From a virus (taxonomy: Duplodnaviria; Caudoviricetes): DNA of 40,752 bases. Shown here piece by piece: positions 24,463-33,316 of the stretch; within the stretch, counting starts at the first letter, position 1, and the number at the start of each line of letters is the position of its first letter. Location: positions 1-40,752 of the IMG/VR virus record IMGVR_UViG_3300020138_000011. One strand, given 5' to 3'. Both the position numbers and the translations under genes were made by a program. The notes under the pieces are model-generated. The model was not told where the DNA came from and searched no databases. It worked only from the letters and a program-made list of their open reading frames with translations.

Positions 24463-27400
24463 TAGCTCGGCAACGCTCCCTTCGCAACGGATAGTGCATT
24501 CTTTGTCTGGCGATAAGTCTCCGCTGGCGAGATAGCCTTCGGAGAGTTGTTGTACTGTGTGAGATTAATGTTGGTTCCCGAAGGAGCCGACGCTTGTCCG
24601 AGAACACCTTCCCCAGCCTTGACCGAGGACGACAGCATAGACGCCTGCGCGATAGACGTATCAAGATTGATCGTCTTGCCTGCAAACATGCCGTCTATAA
24701 GGTTAGAATCCTTCTGAACCTTAGAAAGATCCAAGACTGGTGTAATTCTCGGATTCAGATCGACATCTCCATCCAGTTCTCTTCCAACGTTAGAAAGCGT
24801 GTTAGAGAGTGCGTCAGTGATTTGTTCGCCCATATTCTTAGTGGCCGAAACCGCCTTAGTTGTGGTCGAACGAATACCGCCGGTGAGACCCTCAACCGTC
24901 TGAATGGCGATCTTACGGAAGACTCGCGAAGGGGACTTAATGCCAAGTTCCTTCTTGATAGCCTTGGCCATGGCCTTAGCAATCTTCTCCATCTCCTTCT
25001 CGATCTGCTTCCGCTCCTTCTTCAAACCGTCGACAATACCCTTGGCCGAATCGACTGCCGCTTGGTATAGCTCGTTCGAAGCAGACTTGCCGAGGTTCTC
25101 GGAAGCCTTTTCGAGCTCATCAGCAAGCTTATTGATGTCTCGAACACCGCTGTCACCCGCATCCAAAAGATCTTGCACAAATGGAAGCGCGTCAACACCC
25201 TCTTCAAGAAGCTTCTTGTACATGGTGTCGTTAAGACCGCGGTCTCGAAGTTGCTGAAGTGCCGCTGCGAACTTCTTAGTGTTTTCAATTTGCTCGGTTG
25301 TTGCTTCGGACCAGCTCTCAATGCTTACGGCTGTGCTGTCCTCAACCAAACCAGGAAGTTCGTTATACTGATCCTTGATGCTTTCTCGGTAATCGTCTCT
25401 CGTCTTAATCGCGTCTTTAAGAAGTGCCTTCTCGGCTTCGAGCTTCTCGTTAACCTTGTCGTGCTCCTTCCCAAGACGAACCAACGACTGACGATTATCC
25501 TTCTGCTTCTTGGTCAGCTCCTCAAGGGCCTCTCCGGCCGCCTTTCGCTCCTTACGAAGGTCCTTGATTGCTTGCTCGGTCTTCTTAATTTCCTTTTCGT
25601 TCTTCTTACTATCCTTATTCAGGCTCTTAAGCCGGCTGATGTGCTGCTCAATTTCTCGACCAGACTCATCGATGAAGGTTCGGAGCCCATCGCGCATAAT
25701 CTGATAGGTTCCAATCACAGCATCTCGACCGCCAACCAGTCCCTGAACGAATCCTTCAATTACAAACTGACCAAGCTGCTTGAACTTCTTAGATGGGGAA
25801 TGGATTTCCAGAAGATTCGCCACGCCATCATAGATTGCCTGGCCAATGTTCTTTCCGGCCTTATAAATATCCCCAAGAATCGGGACGGATGCGATAATCT
25901 GGTCCAAACCGTCAATGATTGCTTGACCAAGCCTTCGACCAGCCTCGATTAGTTCTGGCACATTCTCCTCGATAGCATCGGCAATACCATCGGCAATACC
26001 GATAACCATCTTGAAACCCTGGGCCACAAGCTTTGGAATGTTGTCTTCCAGCGCCGACATAAATTCGGTAACGAGGTTTGTCGCCGCGGTTACAACATCC
26101 CCGATATTATTGGCAATACCGTCGAGAATGCCGGTCAAAAGCTTAAGACCGCCCTCAACTAGGCGAGGGACCATGGTTACAATGTAATCCAAGAGACCCG
26201 TAACCACTTGCTCTAGCGTCGTGAATACCAGATCAAGAAGATGTGGAATCACGGCGGTAAGAGTGTCGATAAGCGCTAGAAGAACCGCCCCAAGAGCCCC
26301 AGCAAGTACTGGCGCACCCTGAGTAATTACCGTGGCGAAAGCCAACAGTCCCTTAGCAACGTTTGTGGCGAGCAAAGGAATCATGTTGATCAGACCACGA
26401 ATAAATGCCAGGATTACCCCAACCCCAACTAGACCAACAGCCGCAAGAGTTCCAATAGCGCTTGCCGCCATCATCATTCCTGCGCCCGCAGCCATAGCTC
26501 CGATACCTAGAGCGGCGATAGCCACGCCAAGTGCCAGAATTAGAGGAATTGCCGGGGCCATAAGAAGCGCCGAAACCGCCAATGCTGCAAATATAACGCC
26601 CATGACCATTAGTCCGTTAACGACAAAGTCCCAGGGCAGTGCTCCTAGCACGAGGAAAACCGACGAAAGAACCGTCAATGCTCCAGCGATGACTAGTAGA
26701 GCCAATGCGCCCGGAATTGCACCGGTCATAGCATACATGGCAGCAGCAATGATCGCTAACGAACCTGCTAGCATGATCAAAGACTTACTGATCATGTCCT
26801 CTGAGAAGGTTCCAAGAATTGCCAAAGGACCTGTCAAAAGCGTCAGTGCAAACGCTACGACCGTAAGCGCTGCCGCAGAAAGCAACGCTGTCTTTGGGAT
26901 CAGACTCAGCGCAATCCCAATAGTCGTCAGAATGGCAAGCATTCTTGAGAATCCAACCTCAAAAGTAGTTGGGTCGAGTAGAGAAAGAATCTTAACTGCG
27001 CCTGCAACTGAGCTGAGACCGACTCCAAGAAGCATGACCGATGCTGCAGCAGCAAGAAGGTTCCCTGCTTTTAGACCGTCCATCTTAGACAGTGCTAGAG
27101 CAAATCCGAGAACAGAGGCCATAATTGCAGCCATTGCTACGGTTCCGGCAGTCAAACTCGCAGGATCAATTGTCGAAAGGACCTTGACCGAGAGCGCCAT
27201 CATCCCAATCGCGGCAGCCAAAATCATGAGAGATGCCGAGATCTTGACGAATTCGGTTGACTTAGCGCTGGTTGTCATCTCTTCGAGCATGTACATGCTG
27301 GCCAAGACTGAACCAATCAAAGCTGCAAGAGCAACCGAGGCCTGACCAAGATTGTCTGGGTTGATCTTAGACAGGATGAACATCGACCCTGCCAGGACAC

Positions 27401-29384
27401 CAATGGCGAAAGCAATCTTGAGGATCGCATCCGCCTTGAGCTGGAGTTCCATGCCCTTTAGGGTTCCAGTCAACCCCTTCATCACATGATTGATGGGCTC
27501 AAGGACGTTAACATTCTTGAGAATTGAGTTAAACGGTCCGAGAATGTCCTTGAAAATCTTAGCTATGACTGCCGCGACCCCCAAGTTGAGCGAACCCATA
27601 GCCACGTTCGGATCAAGACGAGCCATGAAATCGGCCATAATAGCTCGGACGTCCTCGCCAATGCCACGAAGTTCATTGACAAATTCCCCCGGAGCCCTTC
27701 CAGCCCTTCCAAATGCATCTGTGACCTTGTTCCAGACCTCAACAATCTTCTCACCAATCGGAGCGAGGAATTCCATCCCCTTTCCGACTGACTCATTAGA
27801 TGCTTCTCCGATACTAGAGAAGGCATCCTTAAGCGAAGTGATCCCATTTTGAATGAAATCCTTAATGCTCTCACCAGCGCGCTTAAGGAAGTCGAGAGGG
27901 CCGATCAGGAACGACTCGACGTTGTCGCCAAGACTCTGGAACCACGCCCCAACTTCAGAGAATAGCGGACCGAGACCTTGCGGGAAGAACTCCGACCAAA
28001 CTCGGCTAACCGTCTCTCCTGCAGACTGGAAGAATGCAATGATCGGCTGGAGAATGCTCAGAAGCTTCTTTCCGAACTTGTAGAACGTTCCGGAAAGAGC
28101 GATCTTCTTCTCGAGGTTTGTGAACCAGTCACCAATACCCCCCAGGAAGTCGGCGATTGCTTCGCCCGAGATCCCCAAACTAAGATTGAGTGGGAACAGC
28201 GCTCGCTTGATCGTACCAACAACCGTGCTAAAGAGCTTACCTAGGAGACGGAATGGCACAGCAAGTCCGGACACAAATCGGTGAAGCCCCTCAAGAGGAC
28301 CCTTACCCTGGACGATACCCTTGATGAAGCGATTAAGCCCCTTTCCGACTGCATTTAGGACGTTAACAAGTGGACCAAGATCCAAGTTTGTAAGGAAGTC
28401 TACCAAAGCGTTAGAGCGAATCTTCATCAGTCGACGCCAGACCTTGTAGAATGGCTCGACTGCACCCTTAAGTGTGTCGATGACTGGCGTAAGAGCGTTG
28501 AAGATCTTTCGCTGACTCTCAAAATATGGCGTAGCAACATCCGCGCCAACACGAGCCAGTGCCGCACGCATGTTAGACAGCGAACCTGTATAGGTTTCAT
28601 TTGCCTTAGTTGCGTGCTCACCGAAGGCGTCACTCATAACCTTAGCGAACTCGTTGAAGCCAATCTTGCCCTCGGAAACCATCTTTCGAACGGCGACCTC
28701 GGTGGTCCCCATCGACTTAGCCATCTCTGCGGCCGCGTTAATTCCTCGAACACCGAGACGGTTAAGGTCGTCACCCATCAGTCGACCCTGACCGGCAACC
28801 TTTGTGAAGATATTACCGACGTCGGTATAGCTTGCGCCAGCCATAGCAGCGACGCCAGAAATACCAAGAAGAGCCGACTGCATTTCAGCGCCCGACTTAA
28901 CACCCGAGGCTCCGAACTGAGCAGCCACGACCGCCGCCTCGTCCAGGCCAAAGGCCGTTCCCTTCACCGCGAAAAGTGCGTCCTCCATGGACTGCTTAAC
29001 ATTCATGCCAAGGCCCTTGAACTGGAACTTGGCCTGCTCGATGTTGAGAGCTCGCTTCTTACCGCCCTCGACAATGGGATCAATCATAGCCGAAGCCATA
29101 GATGTTCCCGCATCGATTGCCGCGGTGGTGAGTCGGTTAAGAGCGCTGAATCCGATGGCGCCTAGCGCGCCAAAACGAGAAGAAACCTTCTCAACATTGT
29201 CCGCGATGTGCTCGACATTGAGATTCTTCGCGACGTCAGACAGAGCTTGGAATTGCGCCTTCTGATCATCAAGATTGAGGCCCTTCTTAAGATCGTCAAG
29301 AGTCTTAAGCGTGTTCTGGACACCTCGCTCGAACTGTGCGTTGTCAAAACGCATCTGAACTATTCTCTGGTCAATACTACTCAT
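24462..29384 (-). CDS. tape measure protein
   Basis: 1640 aa, Ala/Gly-rich helical repeats, hydrophobic centre, HSPS/KSPS motifs. Confidence 0.92.
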   Translation of the reverse strand: MSSIDQRIVQMRFDNAQFERGVQNTLKTLDDLKKGLNLDDQKAQFQALSDVAKNLNVEHIADNVEKVSSRFGALGAIGFSALNRLTTAAIDAGTSMASAMIDPIVEGGKKRALNIEQAKFQFKGLGMNVKQSMEDALFAVKGTAFGLDEAAVVAAQFGASGVKSGAEMQSALLGISGVAAMAGASYTDVGNIFTKVAGQGRLMGDDLNRLGVRGINAAAEMAKSMGTTEVAVRKMVSEGKIGFNEFAKVMSDAFGEHATKANETYTGSLSNMRAALARVGADVATPYFESQRKIFNALTPVIDTLKGAVEPFYKVWRRLMKIRSNALVDFLTNLDLGPLVNVLNAVGKGLNRFIKGIVQGKGPLEGLHRFVSGLAVPFRLLGKLFSTVVGTIKRALFPLNLSLGISGEAIADFLGGIGDWFTNLEKKIALSGTFYKFGKKLLSILQPIIAFFQSAGETVSRVWSEFFPQGLGPLFSEVGAWFQSLGDNVESFLIGPLDFLKRAGESIKDFIQNGITSLKDAFSSIGEASNESVGKGMEFLAPIGEKIVEVWNKVTDAFGRAGRAPGEFVNELRGIGEDVRAIMADFMARLDPNVAMGSLNLGVAAVIAKIFKDILGPFNSILKNVNVLEPINHVMKGLTGTLKGMELQLKADAILKIAFAIGVLAGSMFILSKINPDNLGQASVALAALIGSVLASMYMLEEMTTSAKSTEFVKISASLMILAAAIGMMALSVKVLSTIDPASLTAGTVAMAAIMASVLGFALALSKMDGLKAGNLLAAAASVMLLGVGLSSVAGAVKILSLLDPTTFEVGFSRMLAILTTIGIALSLIPKTALLSAAALTVVAFALTLLTGPLAILGTFSEDMISKSLIMLAGSLAIIAAAMYAMTGAIPGALALLVIAGALTVLSSVFLVLGALPWDFVVNGLMVMGVIFAALAVSALLMAPAIPLILALGVAIAALGIGAMAAGAGMMMAASAIGTLAAVGLVGVGVILAFIRGLINMIPLLATNVAKGLLAFATVITQGAPVLAGALGAVLLALIDTLTAVIPHLLDLVFTTLEQVVTGLLDYIVTMVPRLVEGGLKLLTGILDGIANNIGDVVTAATNLVTEFMSALEDNIPKLVAQGFKMVIGIADGIADAIEENVPELIEAGRRLGQAIIDGLDQIIASVPILGDIYKAGKNIGQAIYDGVANLLEIHSPSKKFKQLGQFVIEGFVQGLVGGRDAVIGTYQIMRDGLRTFIDESGREIEQHISRLKSLNKDSKKNEKEIKKTEQAIKDLRKERKAAGEALEELTKKQKDNRQSLVRLGKEHDKVNEKLEAEKALLKDAIKTRDDYRESIKDQYNELPGLVEDSTAVSIESWSEATTEQIENTKKFAAALQQLRDRGLNDTMYKKLLEEGVDALPFVQDLLDAGDSGVRDINKLADELEKASENLGKSASNELYQAAVDSAKGIVDGLKKERKQIEKEMEKIAKAMAKAIKKELGIKSPSRVFRKIAIQTVEGLTGGIRSTTTKAVSATKNMGEQITDALSNTLSNVGRELDGDVDLNPRITPVLDLSKVQKDSNLIDGMFAGKTINLDTSIAQASMLSSSVKAGEGVLGQASAPSGTNINLTQYNNSPKAISPAETYRQTKNALSVAKGALPS

Positions 29385-29761
29385 GCCGATCTCACCTCAT
29401 TCCATACGTCGGCAGCGATTCGCTCAAATATAGGCTGAATCGCGGGGTTGATAAAGTCTCTCCCTTGAACATAACCACCGTTTCTCGTTCCGTGGCCATA
29501 CTGAAGAAGAATTACGAGGGGGACGCCGTCCACAATGTTGTTGTTGTGCCAGGAAATCGTATAGACGTTCTTAGTTACGGAAACTTTGTACGTCCATGAG
29601 CTGGCAGTGACACCAGAGTCTTCTGGAGTTGAACTATCGAGGGCGGCGACCCCCTCTACACCGTACTTATGAAGAGCCAAAGCAATGTCTAAGTTAGTGA
29701 CTTGCTTTAGAAAATTTTCGGTGTTCTTAAAGTCGCCACGATGCCCGACCTGGATTTTCAT
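29381..29761 (-). CDS. tail completion/neck protein (HK97 gp10-like)
   Basis: TPEDSG..SW, LQYGHGT and FINPA motifs. Confidence 0.65.
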   Translation of the reverse strand: MKIQVGHRGDFKNTENFLKQVTNLDIALALHKYGVEGVAALDSSTPEDSGVTASSWTYKVSVTKNVYTISWHNNNIVDGVPLVILLQYGHGTRNGGYVQGRDFINPAIQPIFERIAADVWNEVRSA

Positions 29762-29775
29762 GGCAACCTCGGTTT

Positions 29776-30429
29776 CTAATACGTGGCAATCCAGTTAAAT
29801 CTTAGTGATCCAGAAAAACTCGCAGCTGTCTGATTGTTTCTCGGCGTCATGCTGAAGCCTGTACTGTTGGTCCCCCAAATACTGACCGAAGCTCCCCAGT
29901 TCGAGCCGGTTAACTGAGCAACAACCGTTGGCGTTCCAGGAAAAGGTTCCGGAAATGTTACTGCCTGAGACACCCCAGCTGTCTGAGGGGCAAGTCCAGC
30001 AACTGAAATATCGGCAAATCCTCTCTGTGTCATGGTAACTAGGGGGTCTCTAGAACTAAGAAGATACCCCCAAGTTACGTTGTCGGTTGTATATTCAAGT
30101 TTTCTATAACTCGGCGCGTCTACTCTCCACACAAAAAGTGGGTTATTTGTGCTCGGAGACAAAGCAGACGCAAGAGCGCCACGCTCTGTTGTATTGGCAA
30201 CCTTATAGATTGGAGCTTGACCATCAAGAATACTCTGGATGACATCAATTGAGTCATCGACATACTTCTTATTTGCAGCCTGTCCATCGGTCAAAGGCGC
30301 ACTTGAAGGGATAATCGGTGTATACTCGAAGGTCTTAATCCCAGAGATGGTCTGATGACCTTCGAGAGAAACCTTCTGGTTTAATAGAAGGTCGATAGCT
30401 TCGTCTGTATAGCTAGTAGCGTTGACCAT
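29776..30429 (-). CDS. putative virion accessory protein with C-terminal lectin-like beta-sandwich
   Basis: QTISGIKTF, AANKKYVD, VTFPEPF..TPTVVA and FNWIA tail-fibre motifs. Confidence 0.6.
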   Translation of the reverse strand: MVNATSYTDEAIDLLLNQKVSLEGHQTISGIKTFEYTPIIPSSAPLTDGQAANKKYVDDSIDVIQSILDGQAPIYKVANTTERGALASALSPSTNNPLFVWRVDAPSYRKLEYTTDNVTWGYLLSSRDPLVTMTQRGFADISVAGLAPQTAGVSQAVTFPEPFPGTPTVVAQLTGSNWGASVSIWGTNSTGFSMTPRNNQTAASFSGSLRFNWIATY

Positions 30430-30440
30430 ATCGCCCCCTC

Positions 30441-31226
30441 CTAATCTGTAGAAATTGTATACTTATCGTCGGTCACAGTAACAAAGTCGCTATCGACCGA
30501 GAAACGACCACCGGTAAGGAGCGAAACCTGTCGCCTTGTCCCGGAAACTTCGAATGTATCCCCAAAAACCGTTAGAGTAATCGGGTCCTCTGGAATTCCA
30601 AGAATTGAGAGGATCTCATCCGTGGTAGGGAAAGTAGCGAGCGTTTCGTCTGTCCCATATAGTAGATCTTCGATTGCCGCCATAGTTTCTTGTTCGATTG
30701 CGGAGGAATCTAGAACAAAATATGACGAAGATCTATACCCCGGAACCTTGATCGGCACTGTGGTTAGATCCCAAGAGAACAAAGCCGGCTCGGAATCACT
30801 TCCGCGGGTCTGTCGAGTCAATTCTGTAGCGCCAGCCCAAACATTATAGACCAAATGGAGCTTATACCCCTTGTCCTGAGTGATTCCGTCTCCAATTTCG
30901 GTTCTATAACAAAGATTGAACGGCTTCTTGTTCTGGTATCCAATTCCAAAACCAGGCCGAATACTTCTCAGACCCATACAAACGGCAAACTCGTCAGGAT
31001 AGGTGTATGCTTCAATCTTTCCTTCAAAAACTTCAGAAGTAAAAGTTTGCTTGTACTTCTCTCCATCATAGAAGAAAGAGTGTGGTTCGCCGCCTTCTGG
31101 TGCTTCTTCGATAGAGACTACACCATTCCAGGGGACACCATAACCACCGTCAACATACAGAACTGCACGACTAATGCCATCCTCAAAGCGCCTAGTTTCT
31201 GGGTCGCCCCATGTAAGTCTTGCCAT
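30441..31226 (-). CDS. major tail protein paralog
   Basis: Shares WNG, IEAYTYPDEF and GYKLHLVY with 31807..32676. Confidence 0.8.
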   Translation of the reverse strand: MARLTWGDPETRRFEDGISRAVLYVDGGYGVPWNGVVSIEEAPEGGEPHSFFYDGEKYKQTFTSEVFEGKIEAYTYPDEFAVCMGLRSIRPGFGIGYQNKKPFNLCYRTEIGDGITQDKGYKLHLVYNVWAGATELTRQTRGSDSEPALFSWDLTTVPIKVPGYRSSSYFVLDSSAIEQETMAAIEDLLYGTDETLATFPTTDEILSILGIPEDPITLTVFGDTFEVSGTRRQVSLLTGGRFSVDSDFVTVTDDKYTISTD

Positions 31227-31245
31227 TTACGCCACACCTCCCTTC

Positions 31246-31788
31246 TTAGCCTGAGGTATTCAATTGAGCTCGACGTTGAGCATTAAGTTGCGCATACGAT
31301 TGAAGGACATCTCGGCGAGGAACCTTCTTCTTAGGAGCGTTCTTCTCGTTTACGACCTTGATAAGCGTAAACAGACGGCCCAAATGCCAAGTTTCACACT
31401 CTGTTGGGATTTGTAGAGTGAGCATCCAGTAATAGATAATCTCGGCAGTGTGCACTTCTCTGGACGTCTTTCGATTTGTAAGCTCATTAAACCATGTGGC
31501 TGACATCTTTGCATTGATGTACTCATTTATGTCTTTAATGTTCTCTTCCGAAAGCCTGTACAGATCTTCTATAGGAATTTCAGGAGAAACGACCATGCAA
31601 TGGATGTACGAAAGCGTCTCTTCAGAAGTCTTTTTGTCTGGGCCTAAGAACGGCTTCTCCCAAATCGACTCCCATTTTGAAAGGGCGACCAGGGAGTGCT
31701 CAAGTTCAAGCTCGATCGAACCTATTTCGACAAACTCTTGGGCTTTGTCGTCGAAGAACTCTTGTCCTGGAAGTTTGATCTTAAGCAC
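31246..31788 (-). CDS. putative tail assembly chaperone
   Basis: Follows the major tail gene; LEHSL..SKWES and WHL.RL motifs. Confidence 0.6.
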   Translation of the reverse strand: MLKIKLPGQEFFDDKAQEFVEIGSIELELEHSLVALSKWESIWEKPFLGPDKKTSEETLSYIHCMVVSPEIPIEDLYRLSEENIKDINEYINAKMSATWFNELTNRKTSREVHTAEIIYYWMLTLQIPTECETWHLGRLFTLIKVVNEKNAPKKKVPRRDVLQSYAQLNAQRRAQLNTSG

Positions 31789-31806
31789 CCCCTGGCCTCC
31801 TTTCTA

Positions 31807-32676
31807 TCAGTCCTGGTACTCGAACGCCCAGTCGTCGTCCGATGTGGCCGACAGCTGGTAACCAACGTTCGGGAATGCACGGACGAGCGTGTCCTCAGTG
31901 ATGACGACCGAACCAGTGACCGTCTCACCGTCGATGGTGTAACGAACGCCGGCGACCGAGGGGATCGTAATCGTGTTCGTCTCCTCGTTGAAGGTCGGAG
32001 ACGTAGCGTACACCAAGTTCGAAACGCCCTCGAAGAGCGAGACGATCTCTGCGGGAAGCGGAAGACGCGGAGTCTGAATGTCCGTTCCGTAGAGGATGTC
32101 CTCGAGTGCTGCCAGCTTAGCCGAGTTCACCTTTGTCGAGTCGATCGTGATCGTCGCCGACGGGCTGTGATCAGGAACCGGAACCGACGTCGTGCTGAAC
32201 TCCCAAGAGAACGTCATCGCCTCGGGGGACTCATTGACCGTTGAGTACGCCTTCTCCGACGGCGAAGCTAGCGCACCGTAAACCAGGTGAAGCTTGTATC
32301 CGTGATCGGTGGAGTCGACATCGTTACCAAGAAGCGTCCGGTACGAGAAGCCGAACGGCTTGCGAGTCTGCTGACCGACAAACACACCGGGAGCAAGAGC
32401 TGCCGATCCGTCGCACTGAGCGAACTGCTCCGGGTAGGTGAACGCTTCGATCGTTCCACCAAATTCCTCGGCAGACTGAAGGTTCAGGTACTTGAGGTTG
32501 TCCGCGTACTGCGGGGTTGCCTCGGCGCCGGAGGGGGACTCGTTGACTGAGGTGAGTCCATTCCATGCATACCCGTTAACGTACTCCCCCTGGTTGTTGG
32601 GGATGTAGAGAACGCCGCGATCGACGCCAGTCTCATACAGTCGGTCCCCAACACCATCCCAAGTAATCCTAGACAT
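31807..32676 (-). CDS. major tail protein with C-terminal Ig-like extension
   Basis: YETGVDRGVLY, YADNLKY and IEAFTYP motifs; strong codon bias. Confidence 0.85.
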   Translation of the reverse strand: MSRITWDGVGDRLYETGVDRGVLYIPNNQGEYVNGYAWNGLTSVNESPSGAEATPQYADNLKYLNLQSAEEFGGTIEAFTYPEQFAQCDGSAALAPGVFVGQQTRKPFGFSYRTLLGNDVDSTDHGYKLHLVYGALASPSEKAYSTVNESPEAMTFSWEFSTTSVPVPDHSPSATITIDSTKVNSAKLAALEDILYGTDIQTPRLPLPAEIVSLFEGVSNLVYATSPTFNEETNTITIPSVAGVRYTIDGETVTGSVVITEDTLVRAFPNVGYQLSATSDDDWAFEYQD

Positions 32677-32691
32677 GGGTGTTATTCCTTT

Positions 32692-32994
32692 CTAGAAAAA
32701 TATGTTGTAAACGTCATGATTCAGACCATCCTTGACAAAGTGCGTTGCGAACCTTGCAAGGGGGAGATCTGCAATCTTTTCCGGAATCGAGCTATCTGGA
32801 TTCCTATCAATCACAGTAACTTGATAGCGCTTTTTGTGATTATACGGCTCGTTATTAGCGTAGTCTGTAGCACGCCAATTTCGCTGATAGATAATTGCGG
32901 GGTATTGAATCTTCAGGTTTTCCGGGGGTTGAAAATATACATTACTCGTCCCCATCGTCTCCAGTAGGCTCTGGAGATCCTCCCGTCGGCCCAT
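32692..32994 (-). CDS. tail terminator/completion protein
   Basis: NVYFQPP..YPAIIY motif; position. Confidence 0.65.
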   Translation of the reverse strand: MGRREDLQSLLETMGTSNVYFQPPENLKIQYPAIIYQRNWRATDYANNEPYNHKKRYQVTVIDRNPDSSIPEKIADLPLARFATHFVKDGLNHDVYNIFF

Positions 32995-33301
32995 TATACA
33001 CACCCCCCAACGTTAAGATGAGGCGGGGGCTTCTGACTTCGACATTTGAGACGAGCCAGTAAGCCCCCGCCCACTTAATGTAGCGAATGGCAAAGAAGTG
33101 CTCATTAGCATACGCATCGGCCACAATACTAATAGCATTGCTAACTGTCAGATCGGGGATTACTTTATCCCCCTGGGTCTGACGACGAAAGTTCCGAAGA
33201 ACATCACCATAGTGCTTACGCTCTGTGATTTCTTCCTCCCAAACGCCAGAAACAGTTTCCTTAGTTACTGCGTAGCCTATTTCACCGTAATACTTTGCCA
33301 T
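32942..33301 (-). CDS. head-tail adaptor/closure protein
   Basis: Follows the capsid gene; beta-rich 119 aa. Confidence 0.6.
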   Translation of the reverse strand: MAKYYGEIGYAVTKETVSGVWEEEITERKHYGDVLRNFRRQTQGDKVIPDLTVSNAISIVADAYANEHFFAIRYIKWAGAYWLVSNVEVRSPRLILTLGGVYNGPTGGSPEPTGDDGDE

Positions 33302-33316
33302 TGTGAAACCGGCTTA

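Noticed and set aside
26332-27345. 337-aa Ala/Pro-rich plus-strand ORF
   Set aside because: Antisense to the hydrophobic tape measure repeats.
27680-27695. aaattcccccggag resembling the end motif
   Set aside because: Short partial match inside tape measure coding sequence; likely chance.
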